Source: an uncultured Pelagibacteraceae bacterium (lineage in GTDB: Bacteria > Pseudomonadota > Alphaproteobacteria > Pelagibacterales > Pelagibacteraceae). Taken from it: a DNA stretch of 64,000 bases. The notes beneath the pieces were generated by a model that ran no database searches, was not told where the DNA came from, and saw only the letters and a program-made list of their open reading frames with translations. The position numbers and the translations under genes are program-made. How positions within the stretch are numbered: position 1 is the stretch's first letter; every line of letters starts with the position of its first letter. Below are positions 20,396-28,695 of this stretch, one piece after another. The DNA is taken from positions 146,065 to 210,064 of the forward strand of contig CACGSX010000001.1 in NCBI GenBank assembly GCA_902575835.1, given 5' to 3'.

Positions 20396-21619
20396 ATGCA
20401 AAACGAATTAAACAAAGTCAGATTTTCAGTAAAACCTTTAAAATCCAATGATAATAAAGTTGTTGAACTTGCTAGAACTGTAGGAATACATCCTTTGGCA
20501 TATCAAGAACTTCCTTACGATCCCGAGTATTCTTTTTATGCTGGAAGATTAAATCCAGAAGTACTTTCACACGCTACTGCTGATGAAATGTATTGGAAAG
20601 TAAGACAGGAAGTAATTTTTCGTCATACTGGTGAACATCCATATGAAATTTCTGGTCCAGATGCAGAAAAACTTTTACAAAAAATATTCACAAGAGATAT
20701 ATCAAAAGTAAAAGTAGGAAGATGCTCATACCAATTTGCTTGTTACAATGATGGAGGCATGCTTACAGATGGAGTTTTGCTAAAACTTGAAGAAAATAAA
20801 TTTTGGTTTGTTCAAGCTGATGGTGATCTTTTTTCATGGTATAAAGCTCACACTGATAATCTTAATGTAAAAATTTCTGACCCAGACGTTTGGGTAAGTC
20901 AAATTCAGGGACCAAAATCTATGGATCTTTTAAAAGTTTTAAGTAAAGAAACTTTTCCTGTTAATTGGAAATATTTTGATTGGAAAGAAATTACTATACT
21001 TAATGAAAAAGTGATCATAAGTAGATCGGGATTTAGTAATGAACTAGGTTGGGAAATTTATTTTAGAAAAAATAATAATACTGAAAAAGTCGGGGATTAT
21101 ATTCTTGAAGAAGGAAAAAAAATGGGAATGATACTCACAGGCACTCCTGGTTTCAGATGTAAAAGAATAGAATCTGGATTATTATCAGCTGGGCAAGACT
21201 TTAACCATGAAACAAATCCATATGATGTCGGGTTAGGTAAGTATGTCGATTTAAAAAAAAATTATTTTATTGGAAAATCAGCATTGATGACTGCCGATAA
21301 AGAAAAAAGATGTTGGGGAATACGAGTTGAAAATGGAACAGGTTTAAAAGGAACTTACATAAAATTTAATAATGAAGTAATTGGAAAAATTACATCAAGT
21401 ACCTGGTCTCCTTTTCAAAAATGTGGTGTTGGAATAGTTTTAATGAATTCTACAAAACATAAACCAGGATTAATAGTGGATGTTAGTTGCAATGATAATA
21501 AAATTCATAAAGGTGAGATATGCGCCTTACCAATGTATGACTTTAAAAATGAAATTGTAAGAGGTTTAAAAATCGATATTCCAACAGGTCCTTCTCCGTG
21601 GTCAGGAATAAAAAAATAA
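20396..21619 (+). CDS. GcvT/aminomethyltransferase-family THF-dependent demethylase (not canonical GcvT or DmdA)
   Basis: EISGPDAEKLLQ, GGMLTDG, QIQGPKS, SRSGFSNELGWEIY, RIESG, DFNHETNPYDVGL. Confidence 0.82.
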   Translation: MQNELNKVRFSVKPLKSNDNKVVELARTVGIHPLAYQELPYDPEYSFYAGRLNPEVLSHATADEMYWKVRQEVIFRHTGEHPYEISGPDAEKLLQKIFTRDISKVKVGRCSYQFACYNDGGMLTDGVLLKLEENKFWFVQADGDLFSWYKAHTDNLNVKISDPDVWVSQIQGPKSMDLLKVLSKETFPVNWKYFDWKEITILNEKVIISRSGFSNELGWEIYFRKNNNTEKVGDYILEEGKKMGMILTGTPGFRCKRIESGLLSAGQDFNHETNPYDVGLGKYVDLKKNYFIGKSALMTADKEKRCWGIRVENGTGLKGTYIKFNNEVIGKITSSTWSPFQKCGVGIVLMNSTKHKPGLIVDVSCNDNKIHKGEICALPMYDFKNEIVRGLKIDIPTGPSPWSGIKK

Positions 21620-22293
21620 TAATAGCAATTGGTGGTGGTGGATTTACACATTCTTCTGACGAAGACTTGGATGAATATGTTATAAATCAAGTTAATAAAT
21701 CAAAAATCAATATAGGTTTTTTACCTACAGCTAGCAATGATAATCAAGAAAAAACCGATCTTTTTTATAAAAGATTTAAATCACAAAAATTTAAATTATC
21801 TCATTTTAATCTCTGTTCAAGTGTCGAAGGTTTTAATGAATGGTTGTTAAACAAGGATATAATTTATGTGGGAGGTGGTAATACCTCTGACATGATTAAT
21901 ATTTGGAAAAGACATGATCTTATCAAAGTCTTTAAAGATGCATATGAAAAAGGAGTAATTCTGAGTGGAATAAGCGCAGGAGCTGTTTGTTGGTTTGATT
22001 GGATATTATCAGATTCAGTCAATAAAGAGTTGAGTCCATTAAAAGGAATAAATTTTTTAGACGGAAGTTGCACACCGCATTCTTCAGATAATAATCGACT
22101 TCGACAATTTATTTCAGAAATTAAAGATGGAAATTTGCCAGATGGAATAGCTATTGATGATGGTGTAGCTGTGCTTTTTATTGACGGAGTTCCTTCTGAG
22201 GTTTATTCTTCAAGAATTAATCATGACGCTTATTATGTGACTAGACATGATAAGATAAGTTTAAAAACATATATAGAAAATTTAAATGGATAA
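21598..22293 (+). CDS. pepE: Peptidase E / S51 family serine hydrolase
   Basis: IAIGGGGF, FLPTAS, YVGGGNT, nucleophile GISAGA, CTPH; GTG start overlapping the upstream gene. Confidence 0.8.
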   Translation: MVRNKKIIIAIGGGGFTHSSDEDLDEYVINQVNKSKINIGFLPTASNDNQEKTDLFYKRFKSQKFKLSHFNLCSSVEGFNEWLLNKDIIYVGGGNTSDMINIWKRHDLIKVFKDAYEKGVILSGISAGAVCWFDWILSDSVNKELSPLKGINFLDGSCTPHSSDNNRLRQFISEIKDGNLPDGIAIDDGVAVLFIDGVPSEVYSSRINHDAYYVTRHDKISLKTYIENLNG

Positions 22294-23446
22294 CATTAAA
22301 GCCAGTAACAAAATTTTTAGCATTGAAGATGCAAAAAAACTATCAAAGAAAAGATTACCAAAACTAGTTTATGATTTTATTGACGGTGCATCTGGAGATG
22401 AAAAATTATCAGAAATTAATAGTTTTGCTTTAGATCAAATACGACTTGAGCCAAGAGTATTAAGAAATGTAGAGGAAAGAAAGCTAAAAAAAAATATTCT
22501 TGGATTTAACTATGACTATCCATTTGGTTTTGCTCCAATGGGTATGACAAATCTTTCATGGCCAGGCGCAGACTCAATGCTGGCAAAAGAAAGTTCAAGA
22601 AATAATATACCAACTTGTGTATCGATGGCTTCCACAACTACCCTAGAAAAAATGTATGAGCTTTCAGAGGGTCATTCATGGCTTCAACTTTATATTTTTC
22701 AGGATGAAGCTTTTGTCATGGAATTGCTCGATAGAGCAGAAAAAACTGGTTATGAGGTTGCTATACTTACTGTTGATGTTCCGGTTTTATCTAGGAGAAC
22801 TAGAGATGATAAAAATGGATTTTCATATCCATTTAAAATTGGACCTAAACAATTTTTTGATTTTGCAACTCATCCAGTTTGGTCAATATCTACATTACTT
22901 AATGGAATACCAAAGCCAATGAACTACGAAACTTCAAAAAGTGGAAAAGGTATTTTTAAAAGAAAAGAAAGTAGAGGAAAAACAGATTGGGAAACTTTAA
23001 AAAGAGTAAGAAATAAATGGAAAGGCAAATTAATTGTAAAAGGTGTCATGTCATCTGATGATGCAGTTAAAATTAAAGAAATGGGCGCTGATGCTATTCA
23101 AGTTTCAAATCATGGAGGTAGACAATTAGATAGTGCCTCAGCAGCAATAAATATTCTACCTTTTATTAGAGAGGCAGTAGGAAATAATTTTCCAATTATT
23201 TTTGATAGTGGAATAAGAAGTGGAAGCGATATTGTAAGATCATTAGCTTTAGGAGCAGATTTTTCAATGATTGGAAGACCTGTAATGTACGCGATGGGTG
23301 CTGACGGAGCCAGCGGGCTAAGAAGAATTGTAGACATAATTAAAGAAGAAACTAGCACAACACTAGGTTTGGTTGGATTAAATGATATTAATGAAGTTTC
23401 TTCTGATATAATTGAACAGAAACTTTTTATGAATACAACTTACTGA
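22286..23446 (+). CDS. FMN-dependent alpha-hydroxy-acid oxidase/dehydrogenase (LldD/MdlB/glycolate oxidase family)
   Basis: YDFIDGA, APMG, WLQLY, LTVDVP, VKGV, VSNHGGRQLD, DSGIRSGSD, GRP. Confidence 0.92.
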   Translation: MDNIKASNKIFSIEDAKKLSKKRLPKLVYDFIDGASGDEKLSEINSFALDQIRLEPRVLRNVEERKLKKNILGFNYDYPFGFAPMGMTNLSWPGADSMLAKESSRNNIPTCVSMASTTTLEKMYELSEGHSWLQLYIFQDEAFVMELLDRAEKTGYEVAILTVDVPVLSRRTRDDKNGFSYPFKIGPKQFFDFATHPVWSISTLLNGIPKPMNYETSKSGKGIFKRKESRGKTDWETLKRVRNKWKGKLIVKGVMSSDDAVKIKEMGADAIQVSNHGGRQLDSASAAINILPFIREAVGNNFPIIFDSGIRSGSDIVRSLALGADFSMIGRPVMYAMGADGASGLRRIVDIIKEETSTTLGLVGLNDINEVSSDIIEQKLFMNTTY

Positions 23447-23447
23447 T

Positions 23448-25187
23448 ATGGAAAAAAAAATAAGAGGTGGAGCGTTAATTGCAAGAGCATTAAAAGATAA
23501 AGGTATTAATAAAGTTTTTACTCTATCTGGTGGGTTTTGTAATCCTGCAATTGAAGGTTTCATGGAATGTCAAATTGATGTAGTTAACTGTCCTCATGAA
23601 CAAATAGCTGGACACTTAGCAGATGGACACACAAGAATTACAAGAAAACCATCTGTATGTTTAGTTGGGCCAGAAGGTTTTGCAAATGCAGTACCATCCA
23701 TGATGGAAGCATGGGGAGAAAGAACACCGATAATTTATATAACTGGATCAAGTAGTTTAAAAAGACAAGGTTCTGGTGGCTTTAAAGAAATTGATGATGT
23801 TTCAATAGCTGCTCCTCTTACAAAATATAGTGCAAGCATTACAGATGGAACAAGAATAAGAGAATTTGTTGATAAAGCGTACAGAATTGCAACTAATGGA
23901 TATCCTGGAGCTGTTCATCTAAGTTTACCAGTAGATATAATGTTTTCTTCATTTGAAGAAAATGTTGGACTGGACGAAAGACCATTTTCACATAAAGCAA
24001 AGCCAGTTGCTAAGGCATGGCCAGATCCAAATGCTCTATCAAAAATACTTGAGCTAGCATGTAATGCAAAAAAACCTGTCATAATTGGAGGACATGGTGT
24101 TTGGTGGTCAAACTCAGAAAAAAATTTAGAGACTGCGGGTGAAAGTTTAAATATTCCAGTTTTTAATGTGCCATATCATCAAAAACTTTTGGGAGAAGAG
24201 GTAAACGCATATATGGGTTTAGCAGATATTCACCAATATCCACCCTCAGAATTTGCATTACATAACTCAGACTTAGTTTTAATGATTGGTGCAAGGTTAG
24301 ATAACCAAATGAATTTTGGTAACCCTCCTTTCATTCCAAAAACAACAACTTTAGTTTGCGTTAACGGTTCCCATGAAGAAATTGAATTTAATAGAGTTGC
24401 TGATCATAACCTTTTATGTGATCCAGGAGTATTTTTAGATACTCTATGTAATTTAAAGAAAAATAATAAATGGAATTTAGGAAATAGTTGGTTTCAAGAT
24501 AATAAAAATAGAAAAAAAGATTGGGTGGATAAATCTTTAAATGAATTAAAAATTGAAGCGGATAAAGCCAAAAAAAATGGTGGAAAAATTCATCCGCTGC
24601 AATTAGCGTTAGATGTTCAAGACGCAATGGATGAGAAAGATTGGCTTGTAATTGATGGAGGAAATACTCATTTCTGGTCGGAGATCGCAATAAATTTAGC
24701 TGGTGCTCAAGGAAAAAAATTAGGTGGAATTTTGCATCCTGGCACATTTAGTATGCTGGGTGTTGGTGTATCATTTGCATTATCTGCAAAAAATAATAAC
24801 CCTAAATCGAATGTAATTTTAATTAGTGGAGATGGTGCCTTTTTATCTGGAGGCATGTCTATAGAAACTGCATTTTTTGAAAAGAAACCAATCGTTGTTG
24901 TTATTGACAATAATGGTGGCTTAGCATCAATTGGTCAACAACAAGAAAGACTATTTGAAAGCGGAAAAAGAGTTGCAACAGACTTTAGAGATATACCGTT
25001 CCACAGTATATTTGAAGGTTTTGGGGGTCATGGAGAATTGGTAACGAAAAGAGAAGAATTGGGTCCAGCATTAAAAAGAGCTATTGCAAGCGGTAAAACT
25101 GCTTGTGTAAATGTAAAAGCTAAACCAGTATTAAGTCCAATTGTTGCTGCTGTGGCCAGCAAGAGAGAGAAATCTTCAATAGAGTAA
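23448..25187 (+). CDS. ThDP-dependent enzyme of the 2-hydroxyacyl-CoA lyase / benzaldehyde lyase / ALS-like group
   Basis: Catalytic HE (PHEQ), PGAVHLSLPVD, PGTFSMLGVG, ThDP motif GDGAF...DNNGG. Confidence 0.88.
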   Translation: MEKKIRGGALIARALKDKGINKVFTLSGGFCNPAIEGFMECQIDVVNCPHEQIAGHLADGHTRITRKPSVCLVGPEGFANAVPSMMEAWGERTPIIYITGSSSLKRQGSGGFKEIDDVSIAAPLTKYSASITDGTRIREFVDKAYRIATNGYPGAVHLSLPVDIMFSSFEENVGLDERPFSHKAKPVAKAWPDPNALSKILELACNAKKPVIIGGHGVWWSNSEKNLETAGESLNIPVFNVPYHQKLLGEEVNAYMGLADIHQYPPSEFALHNSDLVLMIGARLDNQMNFGNPPFIPKTTTLVCVNGSHEEIEFNRVADHNLLCDPGVFLDTLCNLKKNNKWNLGNSWFQDNKNRKKDWVDKSLNELKIEADKAKKNGGKIHPLQLALDVQDAMDEKDWLVIDGGNTHFWSEIAINLAGAQGKKLGGILHPGTFSMLGVGVSFALSAKNNNPKSNVILISGDGAFLSGGMSIETAFFEKKPIVVVIDNNGGLASIGQQQERLFESGKRVATDFRDIPFHSIFEGFGGHGELVTKREELGPALKRAIASGKTACVNVKAKPVLSPIVAAVASKREKSSIE

Positions 25188-25188
25188 A

Positions 25189-25524
25189 ATGGCAAAATTT
25201 AGCTCACATTTATTGAATGGTTCTGATGGAGCTCATGCGAGTAACGTCAAAGTAAAGATTTATCAAATACAGTCCTCAAAATTAAAAAAGCTTTTTTTGA
25301 ATACAAAGACTGATGGAAATGGTAGGATTAATCAGCATTTCAATCTTAGCAAAAAAGATTGTAAATGCGATTATGAAATGATTTGTTATATTAAAAGATA
25401 CTTTAAAAAGAAAAAAATTGTGGGTGAAATAGTCGTAAAATTTAAAATGACTGATAATAAAAAAAATTATCACTTGCCAATAATAATTTCTCCTAACAGC
25501 TATACAGTTTGGTGGTCAAAATAA
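25189..25524 (+). CDS. Transthyretin-like / 5-hydroxyisourate hydrolase-like protein with atypical C-terminus
   Basis: SSHLLN, TDGNGR, YHLPIIISP; ends YTVWWSK instead of YSTYRGS. Confidence 0.78.
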   Translation: MAKFSSHLLNGSDGAHASNVKVKIYQIQSSKLKKLFLNTKTDGNGRINQHFNLSKKDCKCDYEMICYIKRYFKKKKIVGEIVVKFKMTDNKKNYHLPIIISPNSYTVWWSK

Positions 25525-25527
25525 TAT

Positions 25528-26691
25528 ATGGCTTCGTTGATACAAAGCAAAATTAGCACAAAACTAAATATGTCTAGGAGAATAAGAAGAACTCCTTACA
25601 CCAAGAGAGTTGAAGAATGTGGTGTAACTGATTTTACTGTTGTAAATCATATGCTCTTACCAAAAAGATTTCAGAAATCAGTTGAGGATGATTATTGGCA
25701 TTTAAATGAGCATGTTCAACTATGGGATGTTTCTTGTCAAAGACAAGTTCAGATATCAGGTCCAGACGCTAGTTTATTAGTACAAAAAATGACGCCAAGA
25801 TCATTAAAAAATATGGAGACTGGAAAATGTTTTTATATACCTATGATAGATGAAAATGCTGGAATGATAAATGATCCAGTGTTGTTAAAGTTAGATGATG
25901 ATATGTTTTGGATTTCAATAGCAGATTCTGATGTATTGCTTTGGGCAAAAGGTATTGCAGTTGGTTTAAATTTGAATGTAAAAATAACAGAACCAGATGT
26001 ATATCCTCTCGCAATACAAGGTCCAAAGTCTGAAGATTTGATGGCATCAATATTCGGAGAAGATATTAGAAAATTAAAATTTTTTAATTTTAGAATATTT
26101 GATTTTTTAGGAACTAAACAAGTTATTGCGAGATCGGGGTATAGCAAACAAGATGGATTTGAGATTTATTTTAAATGCTTTGAAGATTACTTCGACAAAA
26201 ATGAAATGGGAGAAAAAATTTGGGATATAATATGGAAAGCGGGGAAAGAATTTAACATTGCTCCAGGATGCCCAAATTTAATTGACAGAATAGAAGCAGG
26301 ATTAATGTCTTACGGAAATGATTTCACGAAAGTAAATAATCCAATTGAATGTAACTTAGAAAAATATTGTAGTGACAAAAGCGATCACGATTTCATTGGA
26401 AAAAATGCTTTAGATAATATCAAGAAACAAGGTGTAAAACAAAAATTAAAAGGGGTATTATTTGATGGTGTAGATTGTCCTCCATGTTCAATTCCTTTTC
26501 CACTTTATTCAAAAGATAAGAAATTAATTGGTAAAATTACTTCAGGGATTTATTCTCCAAAATTCAAAAAAAATATTGGTTTATCTATGATTTTAAATGA
26601 ATTTTGTAAAATAGGATCAGAAGTTTTAGTTCACACTCCAGATAATAAATTAAGAAAAGGAATTGTGTCCTCTTTACCATTTTCAAAATAA
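25528..26691 (+). CDS. dmdA: DmdA-like THF-dependent demethylase (variant)
   Basis: SRRIRRTPYT, NHMLLP, HVQLWDV, NDPVLLKL, WISIADSD, RSGYSKQ, GCPNLIDRIE, SYGNDF are DmdA-family signatures. Confidence 0.82.
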   Translation: MASLIQSKISTKLNMSRRIRRTPYTKRVEECGVTDFTVVNHMLLPKRFQKSVEDDYWHLNEHVQLWDVSCQRQVQISGPDASLLVQKMTPRSLKNMETGKCFYIPMIDENAGMINDPVLLKLDDDMFWISIADSDVLLWAKGIAVGLNLNVKITEPDVYPLAIQGPKSEDLMASIFGEDIRKLKFFNFRIFDFLGTKQVIARSGYSKQDGFEIYFKCFEDYFDKNEMGEKIWDIIWKAGKEFNIAPGCPNLIDRIEAGLMSYGNDFTKVNNPIECNLEKYCSDKSDHDFIGKNALDNIKKQGVKQKLKGVLFDGVDCPPCSIPFPLYSKDKKLIGKITSGIYSPKFKKNIGLSMILNEFCKIGSEVLVHTPDNKLRKGIVSSLPFSK

Positions 26692-26714
26692 TAATTAGTG
26701 TGTATAACACTTAC

Positions 26715-27839
26715 ATGAAAAGAGCAGTAATAGCAGGATATTCAAGATCACCTTTTACTATGGCAAGAAAAGGTGAATTGATTGATGTTAAGCCTGTAAA
26801 TATGTTTGCAGAAGTTGTTAAAAATCTTGTATCTAAAACTAAAGTAAATCCTGCTGATATAGAAGATATTGTTGTTGGGTGTGCATTTCAAGTTGGAGAG
26901 CAGAGTTTTAATATTGGGAAACTCACAACATTTTTATCTGGAATGGAAATACATACATCTGGAATGACAGTTGATAGATGGTGTGGCTCATCTATGGAGG
27001 CTATTCATGTTGCAGCAGGTAAAATAGCAATGGGCGCAGGAAAAGTTTTCGTATGTGGAGGTGTTGAAAGTATGACTAGAGTTACAACTGGCTTTGAACC
27101 AATACCTTATCCTTACACAGATAAAGAAAATCCAAATGTCTATTTTTCAATGGGAATAACTGCAGAAAATGTTGCCAAGAGATATAAAATTTCGAGAACT
27201 GAACAACAAGAGTTTGCAATTCAAAGTCATCAAAAAGCTAATGATGCTGAATTTAATGGTAAATTTAAAAATGAAATTGTTGAAATTGCTGGCTGCACAA
27301 AAGATGGAAACATACGTCCAAAAAGTAATCAAGAAACTTTAGATGGTTTAAAACTTGCATTTGATCAAGAAGGAACTGTTACTGCAGCAACATCATCACC
27401 TCTTACAGATGGAGCAGCAGCAACATTGATATGTGAAGAAAGCTATGCAAAAGAAAATGGATTAGAAATTTTGGGTAGAATTGTTGCAACTGGGGTTAAA
27501 GGATGTGAGCCTGATGTAATGGGACTTGGACCTATAGGGGCAACTAAAAAAGCATTAGAGAGAGCAAATTTATCAATTAATGATATCGATATTGTAGAAA
27601 TTAATGAAGCTTTTGCTTCTCAATCAATAGCATGTTTGAAAGATCTTGGTATCGATCAAAAGAAGGCTAATTTAGATGGTGGAGCACTAGCTCTTGGACA
27701 TCCATTAGGAGCAACAGGAGCTAGAATTACTGGTAAAGCTGCAGATTTGCTAAGACGTGAAAATAAGAAATACGCTTTATCTACTCAATGTATTGGTTTA
27801 GGTATGGGTATTGCAACAGTAATTGAATCGGTAAATTAA
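26715..27839 (+). CDS. Thiolase (acetyl-CoA C-acyltransferase)
   Basis: VDRWCGSS, GGVESM, NEAFA, GHPLGATG, CIGLGMG; start set to MKRAVI at 26715. Confidence 0.92.
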   Translation: MKRAVIAGYSRSPFTMARKGELIDVKPVNMFAEVVKNLVSKTKVNPADIEDIVVGCAFQVGEQSFNIGKLTTFLSGMEIHTSGMTVDRWCGSSMEAIHVAAGKIAMGAGKVFVCGGVESMTRVTTGFEPIPYPYTDKENPNVYFSMGITAENVAKRYKISRTEQQEFAIQSHQKANDAEFNGKFKNEIVEIAGCTKDGNIRPKSNQETLDGLKLAFDQEGTVTAATSSPLTDGAAATLICEESYAKENGLEILGRIVATGVKGCEPDVMGLGPIGATKKALERANLSINDIDIVEINEAFASQSIACLKDLGIDQKKANLDGGALALGHPLGATGARITGKAADLLRRENKKYALSTQCIGLGMGIATVIESVN

Positions 27840-28694
27840 TTATCTATTTATTCCTCTTAAACGTTCAGATCTTCTTCTTAATAATTCAGCACTAATCAAT
27901 ATTAAGGTTGATAAAACGATTAAACATGTAGCGACTGCTAAAATTGTCGGGCTTAATTGTTCTCTTAAACCTGTCCACATTTGAATTGGAATTGTTGTGT
28001 TTTCAAGACCAGCTAAAAATAAAACGACTACAACTTCATCAAAAGAAGTTACAAAAGCAAATAAACCTCCTGATATTACTCCAGGTAAAATTAATGGAAG
28101 TGTTACTTTCATAAATGTATTTACTGGATTACTGCCTAAACTGGCTGCTGCTCTCGTCACACTATGATCAAAACCTGATAATGTTGCAGTAACTGTTATT
28201 ACAACGAAAGGTGTTCCTAAAATTATATGAGCTAAAACTATTCCTGTATGAGTTGCTGCTAAACCTGCCTTTGCCATAAAAAAGAATATTGCAACACCTG
28301 ATATAATAAGTGGAACTATCATTGGTGAAATCAAAGTTGCCATTATTATTCCTTTAAAAGGCATGTGTCTGCTGCTCAATCCTAATGCAGCAACCGTTCC
28401 TAAAATTACTGATCCTAAAGTTGCAAATATAGCAATAATAAAACTATTCTTTGCAGCAAGCCCCCACGGGTTTTTTGTGCCATAAACCATATCTTTGTAC
28501 CATCTTAAGGAAAAAGCATCTGGGTCTAAATTCTTCATTCCTTCTGAAAAAACAAGAAACTCTTCTGCATTAAATGATAATGGAAATATTACAAACAAAG
28601 GTGCTATTAAAAAAATAAAAACAAATGTACATATAGCAATGTAAAAGTAGTGCCAAATTCTATATCTAGTTTCTGTATACTTTGGTAATGCCAT
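27840..28694 (-). CDS. potC: Pot-type ABC permease II
   Basis: PLSFN, SLRWY, RAAASLG, SFDEVVV, TIPIQMW. Confidence 0.85.
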   Translation of the reverse strand: MALPKYTETRYRIWHYFYIAICTFVFIFLIAPLFVIFPLSFNAEEFLVFSEGMKNLDPDAFSLRWYKDMVYGTKNPWGLAAKNSFIIAIFATLGSVILGTVAALGLSSRHMPFKGIIMATLISPMIVPLIISGVAIFFFMAKAGLAATHTGIVLAHIILGTPFVVITVTATLSGFDHSVTRAAASLGSNPVNTFMKVTLPLILPGVISGGLFAFVTSFDEVVVVLFLAGLENTTIPIQMWTGLREQLSPTILAVATCLIVLSTLILISAELLRRRSERLRGINR

Positions 28695-28695
28695 A

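Noticed and set aside
23448-25187. Annotating the ThDP enzyme as acetolactate synthase (ilvB/ilvI)
   Set aside because: No regulatory subunit or ilv context, and it lacks the typical TSGPGATN and MVRQWQ motifs.
26697-26711. Short inverted repeat agtgt-gtata-acact before the thiolase, as an operator or att site
   Set aside because: The arms are only 5 bp and there is no matching copy at the left cassette edge; expected by chance.
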